A stretch of 64,000 nucleotides of DNA from NCBI GenBank assembly GCA_000165425.1, contig CT868024.1:124001-188000 (forward strand), in the 5' to 3' direction. This DNA comes from Paramecium tetraurelia (Eukaryota). A program made the translations under genes and the position numbers. Below are positions 16,621 through 32,400 of this stretch, piece by piece; position 1 is the first letter of the stretch; each line of letters starts with the position of its first letter. The notes beneath the pieces were generated by a model that had not been told where the DNA came from, made no database searches, and saw only the letters and a program-made list of their open reading frames with translations.

Positions 16621-16704
16621 ATTTTTATTTTTTCACTATTATTTATCAATTAATATAAAAAATATGAGACGAAATTTTAGAATATAATTTAAAATAAATA
16701 ATCA

Positions 16705-17552
16705 TCATCCTTATTTAGAAAAACAAGGTAGTACGATTGGTTTGGCCAACTTCATTGCTTTTCGCTTGTTCAGATATCTTAATGGTATAAATCCAAGTCT
16801 CATGTAAAATCTAAAAAATTAAAATAATGTACCTTGTCACATGAATGCAATCTTTACCACAGCGTTTGTGTAAATTTGAGAATTTGTTTATAAAATTTTA
16901 AAATTCAGCATAATCGATGTTTTATTCATCAGATCTTTAATAAAATTTGTTAATAGTTTGTGTTATTTATGTTTATTTTTCCTTGAGGTTTTTATACATA
17001 TGTTTGATAACATTGTCATTTAGTTCTTCAGTAATTATATTACCTGAGTTATTATTCATGGCATTTCTTATAATAAGTTCTTCTTATTACTCTGGTAAAT
17101 CGAATAATACTTGGTCAAACATTAGTCTTTCTTCTTTTTACTTTTTTTCATATTGATCCTTTTATTTATTAATATATTCTCTTGTTTATCCTTCTTATTT
17201 TTTAATTTCGTCATTATCTATAGTTGTTTATGGTCTAAGGTTAAGAGTTTCAGTTTAAATGTTTGGATCAATGTGAGTTATGAATTTTGCAGATTCAAAT
17301 CCAGGCCATTTCTATTTATTATCAGTTAGTTTATTACTATTATTTTAAGTGCTTAACTTTCTTGGTGATTTATTATATTTATCTACTGAATCTATCTCTA
17401 AATTTGGAAGTCTAGCTCTTTAATTTTATTGTTATACTTACTTCTTAACCTCCGATATAATATTGATTGAAGTAATTTCTTTATCAGGCTTTATTTAATT
17501 TTCTTAGACATATTGAAATTATTACTAAATATTTTCTGTTGGACTTGCATGC

Positions 17553-17592
<40 letters not shown>

Positions 17593-20102
17593 GCTATTAT
17601 TATTATTATTATTACTATTTTTTAGCTGTTTTTTCACGATCTTCTGATATTAAAAATTTTTATTAATTTAATTATTATTAGAATTTCGTTTATTGTTAGG
17701 GTGAAATAATTATTTATGATTCTTAATGTTTATATTGAGTGGGATTATTATTGATTTCTAAAATTTATTTATGATTACTTATTTATTTAGGTATTGTATT
17801 GATATCTAACCTTTCTTAATTTTGATTCTTAACTTTGATTAATCGAGATGAATTATTTGGAGTATGGAATTGAACATTATGATTTGATTATAAGATATTA
17901 ATAATAGGTTTATCATGTAGACTAGTATTATGAATTGCTATCTTGTTTGAGATCAATTCATTTTCGATAATCCTTTCATATTTATATTATTCTTATTATT
18001 ATTGGGATATCGATCTGGCAGGCTATCTATCAGTTAAGATACCAGAATTCTATTAGGGATTACTAGTCGTTTAATAAATATTCGAGACAGCCTCATTTGA
18101 ATTATTTTAGTGTGAAACTTTTCGTTTTGATTTCAACTTGATTGAATTGGTTCTTTTTTATTTATTATTATTTTTGGTTTCCACAATTTATTGGACATTT
18201 GAAGAAGTTCTTCTTAATCGTTATTGCTTTGTATTTTCAGGAGAAACCTCCTCCATTCCTTGATTGCTGTCATTAAAACTAGATTAACTTGTATTTTTTT
18301 TGGAATATTTTCCTTGGATAGCAGCTTATTCAATAGGAACAAGTAGAATATGCTTATTTTCATCAATCTCTTTAATTTATTCTAAGTATAAGACTTTAGG
18401 GGAGTTTAAGTCTTTAGTTGATAAGAACTTTTACTTTTGAACTTGCTCAATTTAGTCTATCATTTATTGAGAGTAGAATGGCTTTGAAGCATTCATTGGT
18501 GATCTTAAATCCTCAATATCAGATTGTAAATTTCCGAATGATCTTCGCTCTTTAATCAACAAATCATTCTCTTCGATGTCTTTAATTAAATCAAACATAT
18601 CTGAAAGTTATCGCTCTCCCTTTTACTCCACTACATATTATAACTGTGATAATCTTCTGTCTTTGTTAGATTTATCTAAAGCATTTGTTAAAACAATTAA
18701 TCGTTCTAACATTTTGTCCTTTTTGACCAAATCATTCATTTATTCATTATTTAGATTTTCCTATTATCCTTAATTTTATAGGACAAATGGTTATAGCAAA
18801 GGAGTTTTCAATATTCTCGAATAAGATTGTCTTTCTTCCTTTTGCACTTTTCCATTGGGACTAGACATCTACATATCTTAAGGTTCATCATTTTATGAAA
18901 TATTAACCATAAAACTTGATTACCTTTAAAATACAGTACTTCTTCTAGATTAGTTATATTGTTAATCAATTTTCTACTTTAATTCTTATTTATCTTATAA
19001 ATGCTATTTGATTTAACTTTCAAAAAGTTTTATCTACAATTCGAGACTATGTATGATTCTATCCTTATCCTTTAGATCCGAGGTTTATTTAGTTAGTTAT
19101 TACACTTATTATTCTGTTTTGTTCTACAGCGATACAATCTCTCCCACGTAAATCTAACAACGACAATCGTCTCTGTTCCCTAGTGTTGTCTATCTATTGA
19201 AATGATCTGCTGTCTGAAATTTCCCCTTTTTAAATTTCTCTTTAAATAGTGCTTTACAATACAGGAATACTCTTTCAGCTGTTTACTTCTGAACTTAAAG
19301 TATGTGTTACTTTACTTGTTCTTCCACTTAGTCATAATTCTCTATTGTATCTTTCAATAGGCTCAGATCCACACTCCTGAAAATCGAATCAATGTCCTCC
19401 TTTTTGAACTTTATGGCATGTAAAAGCTTATTCAATTCCTCTGGCTTCCCTTTTTCCTTGTATTATTGTAACACTCTACTGGAGAGAGCTTCCCCCATCA
19501 TAGCTATCGATTCATTTGCATATTAAATCATGCTCTCAAATTCAATTTATCGATCATAAGATCCAGATAAGACATTGGTACAATTTTAATAGTAATCTTC
19601 AGTAGTGCATGTGGATTTTTCAATAAACCTTTTTTATTATGTCTGGCTCTACTATTAGGCTTCATACCAAGGCACCTGAGTAACATTTTTTATTTTGATA
19701 TTTGGATTACCTTACTAAGAGATTGACACTCCGCCAAAACAATTCAACTAAGAATTTGCGCATTATATACAATGATCTATTAATTGAATAGTTGAATTCT
19801 GATTATTCTTTTTTGGCTAATTTTTTTACTCCCTGCTTTTCAAAGCTTACATTAAAAGGTTGTGGATACAAACAAATGTTTTTTCTATCAATTAACTTAC
19901 ATCGATATTTATGGCTTATTGAATCAGCAATGATGTCTCCGCATTTACTTAATTCAGCTCTAATGATAACTATTAAATTTAAAAATCCTTTCATTACATC
20001 TGAAAATAGTTTGTAATCAAAATTTTAGTTACTTTAAAATTACTCCAATTTAGTAGATATCTAATTTACGACAGTAGTTAACTTTTTTATTTAGAAGTCC
20101 AT
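16705..20102 (-). CDS. Large low-complexity/coiled-coil hypothetical protein
   Basis: ATG at 20102, MDFQIKKLTTVV...; poly-Q at 17555-17617; C-terminal HKRCGKDCIHVTRFYMRLGF motif; TGA TGA at 16702-16707. Confidence 0.75.
17555..17617 (-). repeat. (TAA)n-rich poly-Gln tract
   Basis: TTA repeats on the + strand interrupted by CTA/TTG, which are also Gln codons on the - strand. Confidence 0.8.
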
Positions 20103-20272
20103 TAAATTGAAATATTTTATAATGAATTTCACATCAGTATATTATAAATGGAGTCTAGCATTTTAGATAATCAATTGCTTCTACATCACGCAAATTTGGA
20201 TTTAACAATGTATATAGACACATGAATTATATTTTTGATATGATATATTAATCAAATAGTACACTTAGGGAC

Positions 20273-22689
20273 TCAATACATCCTAGAAAGCATTGATTTG
20301 TTTAGCTATTATAATTTAAATATAGTACACTATCTTTAATATCACGAAGTAATTATTTTTGATTGTTTGTTTGTTATTTCAAATAACTTTAATCAAAACT
20401 ATCACTCTAATGAAAACTTTGACTCACTTATTTGTATATTGGAAATGAAGTATCTAATTGCATTTGGCTAATGCTCCCAATTAAGGACTTTTATGTTTAC
20501 AACTCCTCCTATAACTTGTCGTTCTCCTTTAGATATTAAATCAGTTTTGTTTGTTTATATTACTAACAATTAAACTACATTTATCTAAATTATTTAAAAA
20601 CACAATAATACGTTATGATATATTCGCAATTTTTCAAGATCTACTAATTGTTTCGTACCACATTCACACACTTATTATAAGTTTCGACTTAATCATTAGT
20701 AGATGCTAATAAACTCAATTTTTCATAACTCTTTTAGAGTTTCTTTTTATCATATTTCAGCCTTTCCTTTTATAATACCAACCACTAGATTTCTTGTTCA
20801 ACACTATTAACCAATTGATCTTGCTCTTAGAGTTTAGGTGTTTGCTAACTACCTTTATTAGTCATTACTGGCTAAGACACATATAGTTTTGTTAACTCAT
20901 TTAAGATATTATCTTACTCTTAGAGAGACTGTTAAAGGAAATTGATTTTATCATTTTAATTTAAGACCCTTATTATTTGCTCAATATTTACTTTATTAGA
21001 AATTCTTCATCTCTTTTTGTTTGATCCATGTTTGAGAGTCTAGATTTTAAATTCTCAATTCTCGTCCTGTATTCCTAGATCTGTAGTTCAAGTTCTTTTT
21101 TTTAAATCCTATTATCTGGGTTGATTTGAACTTTTAATTGAGAATTGTCCAATTAAGAAAAGCTTTGATTAGCCATAACAATTTAACTTAATTCTAATTT
21201 CTAAATTTAAAGTTCTGTACTCTTAAAATTTTCAACTTTAAAGACTTAGAGTTACTCCTTATAATAATTGTTGAGATAAGCTCTTTCATTATCAATTTAT
21301 TATTGTTTTAATTTAACAAAATTGGTTCTCAACAAATTCTTATAATTGATAATATTTTCTGTCATTTATTCAAATTAAGAAATCTCTTCCTATTTTACAT
21401 CATTTTCCATATCATGAAGATTAGAAACTTTAGCCAATTCTAATTTTTCTCTATATATTTCTCTCAACCTCTTCTTTATATTAAATTCATTATTTTCCTT
21501 ATATAAGTTATGTAATTCCTAAGATTTTTAGAGTTTGACTTATTTAAGTTAAATAACTATATCGTTTTTTTTCTATTTTAAAATTTCATCCATATTCAGA
21601 AGGATTTGCTAATACTCCTTTTAAATTTACTTTTCATATTGACCTTAAATCTTGAGCCATTTGGCCTATATATTTGATTGCTATTAAGACACCATAGATT
21701 GTTATTACAATTTTTTATCATCTAATTCTTTTTAGGTAGATTTAATTTTTTATTTCAAACTCTATAATTTTGACTCCCATTCACTTTGTAGTTGTTGAAT
21801 TCTTTGTTCATTTTTAATTGATTTTGCTGCTTTATAATCAAGTAATTTAGATGCAGATTATTCTGTTAATTTGGACTATTCAGTTATTAGTTTCTAATCG
21901 GTTTCTTCTTGTATTTTGATTTTCAATTCCTCTTTTTAATTTAAAAATTTCTGTCGAATTTACAAGGCTTTTTCTGGAACGTTTAGATTGAAATCTTCAA
22001 AGGAGGAATCAGAAATATCTTATTTATCCTGTTCAAATTGTTTGGCTCTATTCATTTTATATAGCATCACAAAGGACTCTTGTTCTTTTTCATATTATGT
22101 AAGTTCAAATTTAAATTAATTATCGATTAATTCGAATTGCTCCTGTAATTATACACTCTCATTCAATAAGGGTACATCAGATAAATTATTCTGACTGATA
22201 TCCGTTGCCTACTATAATTTCTTCTCTGTTTTCTGCGTGGTCTCTTGAGTGGTTGGTTCTCTCAACTATTCGCAGAGTCCTTTCAATTTTTTAGATGTTT
22301 TGGAGGGTTGACTATTTTGTACGTCTTTCTTTTTCTCCTCGATATATTTGCGCCTCTAGTTTTGAATAAGTTTTACTTGAAATACTCATCCAAAGGGTGT
22401 TCCTATTGGAGAACCTTGGTAACAGGATTGTAATAGACGATGTCTCCATTTCTAAGCTAGGCGGGTCTCCAAGGAGGAGGGAGTGGTGTTTTTAATCCTT
22501 CTCTGGCTATATGAAAATACTTGGTGTCACTTCTTGGAGACATGCCTTCATAATAATGATGTTATTAAACCTAAACATTCAGCATATTCAAGAATTTCTA
22601 AATAATGGTTGTGTTTATTTACCCTCTCTACTAGGTTCATAGTCCTCGTCTATTTCTTCTTCCAAAATCTGAAATTCTGCTCGCATCAT
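20273..22689 (-). CDS. CEP164: CEP164-like basal-body/distal-appendage protein (N-terminal WW + coiled coil)
   Basis: ILEEEIDEDYEPSREEILEYAECLG...IAREGLKTPLPPPWRP...GDIVYYNP...EHPLDEYF parallels the CEP164 N-terminus. A long coiled coil follows. Confidence 0.8.
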
Positions 22690-22717
22690 TATAAAATATA
22701 AAATAATATATATATAG

Positions 22718-23243
22718 TCATTTGATCGAGTTAAGATAATTTGCAAAATTCTTGTAGAATCTAAATGAATGATTAGCATAATTGTCATCAGACTACAAAT
22801 AGAGCTTAATTTTATTTTAGCGATTAGCACATGATTAGAAATTGTAAATTTGCGAGATTTGTGATAGCAGTTTCTACTATCTGGAACTAAATGGACGAAT
22901 AATAATCTTTTTTTTAGGTTTTTCAAGAGATACATGTTGTATCTAAATATAAACATGCAATTTTTACTGATTATTCCATGTCTAAGATATAAGGTTTAGC
23001 TTTTTCTAAGACTGAGGCATTCATTGGTCTTTCAATGATTTGCCATTTCTGTTTTAATTCTCTTACGTCTTTCAAGTGATTACGATATTTAATTATGTGT
23101 TCGTCATTCCAATTCTCTTATTCATGAAGGCTTAGTTACTTTTTTGTTTTGATCAATGTGTTCTCGAAGTTGGACTTGTTTTAAGGACTCGTCAAGGGCA
23201 TGACCTGTATCTTCTATTTAGGCCAAAAGTATTAAGCTTTCAT
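22718..23243 (-). CDS. Hypothetical protein
   Basis: MKAQYFWPKQ... is open with one 25-nt intron (about 22942-22966) to TGA at 22718. Confidence 0.65.
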
Positions 23244-23274
23244 TTTATATAAATTATATTTTCTTAAGCATAAA

Positions 23275-24917
<1,643 letters not shown>

Positions 24918-24985
24918 TTTTAAAATTATAATGAATAAAAATATATATAATGTGATTAAATCCTATATAATATGAAATAACAATT

Positions 24986-26161
24986 TCACTTTAATTTGAT
25001 GGCCTCCAACTCTTGTTAGACTTGGTCGAATGCCTTGATGGGCTTGTACTTATCAGGCAATCCCTGCTTAGCAAACTTGTCCAGAGGTTGGAGAGTGACT
25101 TCAGAGTTAATGTGAGAGAACAAAGTTGAGGACACTCTCCAAGTACTCTTTCCTGCCTTCTTATTCTCCTCGAATCTCTTTTTAGCATCCTCCGTATAAA
25201 TGACCTATCACAATGGAAATAGAGAGCGTACTTCATGATAACCACAAGTGACATAGCCTCCAGTCAGTAAATCAAATTGAGCTCCCGCTTATAACAAGAG
25301 ATGTCCCTCAGGAACAGCAACGGAAATTCTCTCCCCGTTCCTCAACCACACATACAATCCTGGATAACGACTCTTGCCATGAATAGTCAAGAAATTGAGA
25401 TCATAATGAAAGCCTGCGAAGACAGTCCCCAGTTTGTGTCTCTCCATATCTGATCCAGTCGGAGCCAGAAGATGAGGACCTCCCTGCATCCTGGTGGTAA
25501 ATGTATCAGCCGGTATACTCATGCCGATGGCAGCCATTTCAGCAACAGTTAAACATCCATTAATCATCATCTTCCCCCACTATTCCATTCTCTCTCCAAA
25601 CTGAGGAACATCCTTCGGTCTGAATCTTGGAGGTTTAAAACTAATATACTAAGGAGTTATAGTTACTCTTCGTCCTTGGTTCGTTTGCCAGCATCATCAA
25701 TGGGCCAAAAGAACCTCCATTTGGCATCCTAAAATAAAAATAGTTGTTTCAAATACATAAGGAGCTGGCTGAGGAGTGTATGCTTCATTCTCTTTGGTGT
25801 ATTGTCTAATCACATTCGAGTGTGTGCGGGCTTTCTCCACAAACTCCGGTGTTGCTCCCACTTGATATGAATAATTTGGAAAGATATCTTCAACCTAGAG
25901 TTTAGATTGGGAAAGTACCTTCTCGTCATTATAGAATTTGGCAGCTCTGCTCGCAAAATACTTCTCCATCATGTCTAGGAAGTCAACATTATGGCGATCG
26001 TTTACTCTGGGATCCTTGATGCAAACAGCACCGTAGTTGTGCAGAGCCTCAGCTACTTAGGCACACTGAGCCGATGAGTCACCCTTCTTGGCAAGGAATG
26101 AAGTAACATCGACGACGGGAACTGATTTGGCAAATCTATAGGCCAATCTTGTTGTAAACAT
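24986..26161 (-). CDS. 2-oxoglutarate/Fe(II) dioxygenase (IPNS/clavaminate synthase-like), probably mitochondrial
   Basis: Transit-like MFTTRLAYRF, VPVVDV, HxD in GFHYDLNFLTIHGKSRYPGL, distal H in GYHEV, RxS in WRVSST. Confidence 0.85.
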
Positions 26162-26231
26162 ATAAATAAAAATAGTATGTCATTCAATTACGTATGAATC
26201 ATATATTAATATAGTTTTTTGTTCAGTAAAA

Positions 26232-27580
26232 TCAGGGGGCTTCGTTGTCTCCACTTAAATACTTGTTGTTATCTACATTGACCAGGACGTCATCTTCGCC
26301 ACAATCCTAAATTTAATAATTTTGGATCTCCTTACTTAAGGCTGTTGTTGTGTTTCCTTTTCGACTACTTTGTAGAAACTAGGCAATTCATAGTGTTTCT
26401 GGTTCTTTTTCAAGTAGTCAAAAATAAACACTGAATTTGCAACTTAAATTATTGATTTAGTATCCAATCTCAATTCATCTATTTGTAAGAGAGTACCAAA
26501 TTTGCTGCCAAGATCTTCTAAAAAGATTGATTCATCGTCTCTATTAAACGTTATCAGTGCATGGTTTCTAGACACACTGATATCCTGCAATTTAATGTCG
26601 TTCTCCTGCACTCTCCCAATCTTAATATTGCTTCTCCCATTCAAATTAATCACATATAATCCTTTCTCTTTGTTCTTATCAATGTGACTGATCCAAAATA
26701 TAAAATATGCCTCCTTCGGTCTCGGAATGTCAATCAAATGATACTTCCTATTCTTAAACTTGTACTCCACTAGTATTTGTATGTGATGTCATATTTACAT
26801 TTGTATTGCTCCTTGCAAATTTCACAGATTAGATTGGACCAAAAATACAGGACAATATTGTTGAGTTCTCTGATCTTGAATTTGTTGTGGATCCACTATT
26901 GGAGACATTTGATGTGTATGTATTTGACAGACCCAGAACCTGCAATATGTTTAGGTGATACTCGTTACATTGACATGGGTTTATCAGTGGGTTTTAAATT
27001 GTTCCTACTTTACTCATGCAGATCCTACATGAGTTTTCAGCATTGCAGTTGTCACTGTCATCCAACCCATTGGCATCTTCGTCCTTCTCCTTCTCGCTCT
27101 CCTCCGTAGCCATCGCCTAATTGAAGCAGGCTTCCCACAGTATGATCTTCACCCGACCCAGTCGTATGGTTTATCCAGGAAATAGTTAGACTCTCTTTCA
27201 TATTATGGTAGACGTACATTCGTAACTGGAACTCCATTTACTTGATCATTCCTAATTATTGACCAGATTTCCGTAATGGGTCTCAAAACCTTCTCCTTAA
27301 TCACAAATAACTCTTAGGCTCCCTCTATTGTTTACTACCAATAAATGAGTGTTACATACATTTGGTTGAACAGCCAGAATGTTTTCTCCATACTTGCACA
27401 ATTTCGTATCTTAAATCAGCTACAATTACTAATAATGTGAATCATGACTAGAGTAATCATAAAGATGGTATTTCTTTTCCTTTTCCTTCCATATGTATAC
27501 ATCAACATGCAATCTAACTTTCTTTATCATTCTTACAATAACTGTTCATTCCTCTTACTCCCTGAACAAGCAACGCCCAT
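26232..27580 (-). CDS. FHA-RINGv-FHA protein
   Basis: IRLGRV; CRICMS...GSVKYIHIKCLQQW...CEICK; IKIGRVQENDIKLQDISVSRNHA...DLGSKFGT. Starts MGVACS. Confidence 0.87.
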
Positions 27581-28009
27581 TTATATAATAATTTTAATAA
27601 TTAAAGAGAAATATCTACATTATCCAAATAGATTTATAACCAACTTAAAGGAGCACAATTTAAGAACTAATTCTAAATTTTATTACATTTTCTTGAATTT
27701 CAAATCTATTTTTAGCTTCCCCTCTTATCAAGTGAAAAATAGAATAAACTTTTCATAAGTATAATGTTTAAGATTGGAATTGCATTTAAATAATATATAT
27801 AAGTTTATTACTCATTATAATGAGGATAATGTAAAAATGTATTTAATTATCCACATTAATTATTTTTATAGTTTGAGCAATTATAATGATGATAAATTAT
27901 ATATTATAGATGGGAATGTTTGGAGAGAAGCATGTTCTCATAATTGATGGTGCTGACTTATTGAGATTTTGTTGTTATTTAATTTAAATAAGATTTAAAT
28001 TATTTTATT

Positions 28010-28422
28010 ATGGCAGAGGTCGAACAATTATCAGAGGAACTTACCACCTTAAAAAGAGTCGTATAAACATCATTACACAGAGGACAATTGGCTAAGGGAG
28101 TCCATGAAGTCTGCAAGGCAATCGAAAGCAAACAAGTATTGATATAGAAAGAGTGTAGGCCAAATTCATAGTGCTAGCTGATGATTGCTCAGAAGACACA
28201 TACAAGAAATTGGTTATTGCTTTGGCAAAATAATTCCAAATTCCAGTTTGGAAGGTGGACAAAGGTGCTTTACTTGGCGAATGGATTGGCATTTCAAAGT
28301 TCCTTACTAAGACAAAGAAGATCAAATCAAGAAAATGTTCGTCTGTAGCAGTAAAGGACTTTGCAATTGAGGTCAGCGAGAATGAAAAATAATTTGTCGA
28401 AGACAAAATTAAGGCATTGTGA
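28010..28422 (+). CDS. RPS12: 40S ribosomal protein S12 (eS12)
   Basis: QLAKGVHEVCKAIE...LADDC...YKKLVIAL...LGEWIG...KCSSVAVKD. One intron at about 28136-28158. Confidence 0.93.
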
Positions 28423-28461
28423 AGTTATCTAGTACATATATATATACATTAAAATTATTAA

Positions 28462-30366
28462 ATGGATAAATTCAGCATGGATGAGAAAACCCTTGATCTC
28501 CATATCTTCACTCCTGAAGAACCTAAATTGGGTCCATACACCTACCTAAATATCAATTACCTTCCTCATCTTGCTTCTCACATCATGCACAAGATATCTC
28601 ATAAAGAATTTTGCTCACTTATTGAGTTCGAACTGCAAACCTACTTACTAGAGCTAGCAATCTTGCCCCAGAGAAGCAAGACACTAAGGGAATTAACAAG
28701 TTTTGTAATCATGGAGATGAGACTCAGTTCTAAGTTTTGGATCCATGGAAGTGAAGCTTGGAATGAAGTGCAACTGCGTTTAAAGTTGCTGCACACTCTG
28801 GAACCAAATTGTACTCAGGAATAAGTGAAAAAGAGTGGAGGCAAGAAATCGTTATCAGAAATACTTTAAGATGCTCAAGCCCTCAGAAAATACTTGGCCT
28901 CTTTGGACTTTTCCAAGGTGGATTACAAGAGTGAATTCCTGAAGATTCCTGAAGTGATAGCCTTGGTCTCAGAATATGATCAAGCTAAGTATCAAATATC
29001 ATTTTAAAATTTAGTTCTCAAAACAAACAGTTATAGGCCATAGACTCCTACAATGAAATCATTCAATCCCTTGTGGAGTGCAAACAAAGAAAATATCAAT
29101 TGAAATTGCAATAACAAATTGATCATGTGAAGAATTAGCCTGTTGATCCAATGAGCAGAGTCACTTATGTTCAAAATAAAGAGACCAGATCTGCTAAGAC
29201 TGATCAGGTTTCATATAGAGATAAGAGGGCTCTGCTTAAGGAATAGTAAAAGCAGGATGTTGATGAAAGAAGAACTATATTTGTGCCAAATCAGGTGTAC
29301 TCCTATTCAAAGATTGATTTGGTGATTCTGCCCTACATATACAGGTTCATCTTTGGAGATAGTATTGAATTCACACCATAACATTTGAGAATTCAGAATT
29401 TAGTATTGTATTTGTGTTTGAGTGATCAGGAGAATTATAAGTAGAATAAATAGAAAAAGAACATCATCTTAGATGATTCTGCTGAATCCAAGACATCCAT
29501 TAAGTTGTTTTAGAAATATCTGGATCAATCAAAGGATAAATTGATGACTGATTTTGATTAGTACTGCAAAAATCAGAATATCAGTTTAAAGAATTACTTT
29601 TCCAGCACTCCTGCTAGTTATAGGAAGGAATTACTCCTAATCAGAAACATCCTTATCTTGTCACTCAGATTTGCCTAATAAATCTTAGGAATTGATTACA
29701 AATTTGAGGATCAGAAAATCGATTAGTTGGAATATGAGGAGGAGGAGAAGAACGATAAATCTAATAGTGCTTATTAAAGATGGAACAAGGCTGATATGTA
29801 GAATGAATACTACTATTTTAATGTGCTTGCACAATTAGAATTGTATTATGATATTCCTTTTGATTAATATGACGACATACTCAGAGTCTACAAGAACTAC
29901 ATCGAAATTGTATATACTTCCAAAAAGGAACATTTCAAGGAGTACTTTGGAATCCTCAAAACCAATAAGGATGGCCTCTTAGGATTGAAATCTTCTATGG
30001 AGTAAGTCAATTCTGCTATCGATGAGTATGTAAATTATATTAATGCTCCTAAAACTCAGTAGAAGAGGTAAGGCTAATTTTATGATTCTTAGATCCTACA
30101 TATATCATAGTGATAATAGGGAGGAATGGAAGGAAGAATAATATAAATAGTTCTTGGAGGGACTGCACAAATATTTTGAAATTGTAGTTAATAATAAGAA
30201 GATTGCCAAGTTTATGGGTGATGTCAACCCCAATCATGTCAGATTCATTAAAGGATAGTATTTGAGGGGGTTGAAGAAGAGAGCAAAGGAAAAGAATATT
30301 AACAGAAAGGAGTTGTTAAAATAGGATATAGAAAACTTTGATATTTCAATTTTTGAGAAGAAATGA
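28462..30366 (+). CDS. Hypothetical protein
   Basis: Long code-6 frame with highly expressed-like codon use and short introns; TGA at 30364-30366. No family recognised. Confidence 0.75.
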
Positions 30367-30387
30367 TTCTTAGAATATGTTTATTTA

Positions 30388-30721
30388 TCAACAAAGTTCC
30401 CCATCTGTGTGACCAACTATCTTGTCACAAACAGGACAATAATGCGTTTTCGAAGAACATTTCTACATGCAAAATGGCAATAGACCCAAGATGATTGTGC
30501 AAAAGCATAATATACAACACCATATAAATGTTGCTTTGCTATATGTATACTCTATTCTTGATATTCTTGGTTAGTTGCAGGTAAAACAATAGAATTCATA
30601 TGGTTCTGATCTTATAATACATGTTCATAATTTTATACATTCCATTCAATTTCGTTTTGTATTTGAAATTTATTTATGATTACACTACATTCTCATCCAT
30701 CAAGTGTGAATGCTCTGACAT
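30388..30721 (-). CDS. LITAF-domain protein
   Basis: YCFTC...hydrophobic CGCILCFCTIILGLLPFC...THYCPVCDKIVG. Confidence 0.82.
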
Positions 30722-30770
30722 TTTTGTATGAATAAATGAATTTATAAAATTTATAAAATATTATTTACAT

Positions 30771-31499
30771 ATGATCTCAGATGATACACAAAGAGTGAGT
30801 GAATGTATTAATCATAAACGATTACTTGAAGCATTCTGTACAGACTGTCACGTGTATCACTATTGAAATATGATAGATTGATCTGTCCAACATGTCTCAT
30901 GTTTGGAGATCACAAAGGACATTTGGTTGATTAGATGGACAAGGCAACAAAAGACTTAAGAGCATCAATGGATTAATCTGCAAGAAAAGGACTTTTGAAG
31001 TTGGAAAAAACAGAAACCGTACTTGTCGACATTAGACATACAAAACTCACATTTGAAGAATCAAAATAGAAAGTACTCAAGGAAATAGATTAAACTTTCA
31101 ATACAATATTCTAATTAATTAAATAGCGAAAAGATGAAGTAGTTAATTTGATCAATCAGCATTATGAAATACAAGTCAATAATATTGACACCTAAGAAAA
31201 AATTTGGATGGATAAACAATCTAGGGCTTATGATATTATTAAACTAGCTAGGTCATCTAATGATTATTAATTATTGGAGAAAGCAACATATATATTGGAA
31301 AGTATCTCTTGATTCTATAATAATAAAAGGCTTGGAGATATTGAGATAAACACCCACTTATAAAAATGTATACATTGTTAATTCTATTGACACCACTTTC
31401 AATACGAATAATATTTCATTAAATTTGTCATAGTTTTAGAAAGGATTGCAAAACTGGATCAAATTAGGTGAATCTGTCTTAATATAATTTAAATGTTGA
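30771..31499 (+). CDS. B-box zinc finger + coiled-coil protein
   Basis: CINHKRLLEAFCTDC, intron, then LICPTCLMFGDHKGH followed by coiled coil. Confidence 0.85.
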
Positions 31500-31526
31500 A
31501 AATTTGAATTATAATTATATTATATA

Positions 31527-32256
31527 ATGTTAAAGAAAAGATTTCTCTTCATTTTTGATTTTGATCACACTATCGTCGAGGATAACACAGATACATACAT
31601 TTGGAAATTGCTGCCAAATGGTCGCAAAAGTTTGCCTCCTTATTTTGAAAAAGAAAAAAATTGGAATAAATTTATGAGAAAGGTCTTGCAATTTTATTAT
31701 CACAATGACATAAGTGTTTAATAGGTCTAACATTGTTTGCAAGAAATACAATTAACACAAGGATTTGGAGAGTTGTTTGATTTCATTAGGTACATATCTA
31801 TTAATACATTTTCATAGAACAAATAAGGACCAAATTGAATGTATAATAGCCAGTGATTCAAATACATTTTTCATTGATTCCATCTTAGAAAAACGAAATC
31901 TTAAAGATGTCTTTGATAAAATTTATACTAATCCAGTCTAGATTATTGACGATTTCGAAATATCCATCTTCCCATATCATAAAAATGAGTGCAAATCAAC
32001 ATGTCCTAGAAATATGTGCAAAAGAACCATCATTTCAGATAATTATTAATTAAATAACTATGAAAAAGTGTGTTATTTTGGAGATGGCAAAAATGACTAT
32101 TGTCCAGGAACAATATTGAGGAAGGAGGACATTATTTTTGTTAGGAAAGGATATGCTTTAGAAAAGTTGATTCGTAAAAACGACTTAGAATGCGAGAAAT
32201 TCTATTTTGAGTCTGGAATATATTGTATTAATAGATTGAAAAATCTATTTTTTTGA
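31527..32256 (+). CDS. HAD phosphatase, PHOSPHO1/PHOSPHO2-like
   Basis: FDFDHTI, IASDSNTFFI, CPRNMCK, YFGDGKNDYCP, RKGYAL. Confidence 0.9.
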
Positions 32257-32400
32257 ATTTATTAATTATCTATATAACCTGATATACACAATCTTCTTAG
32301 AGGGAAATTGCTTTTTTTAAAGAAATTTGATCTGATGATTTATGGGCACTTCCATGATTTATTGATAGGTTAATAACAATATTATTATACATTTTAAATC

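Noticed and set aside
28462..28950. Faint resemblance to the DNA primase large subunit
   Set aside because: No Fe-S cysteine motifs are recognisable, and the similarity is too weak to call by eye.
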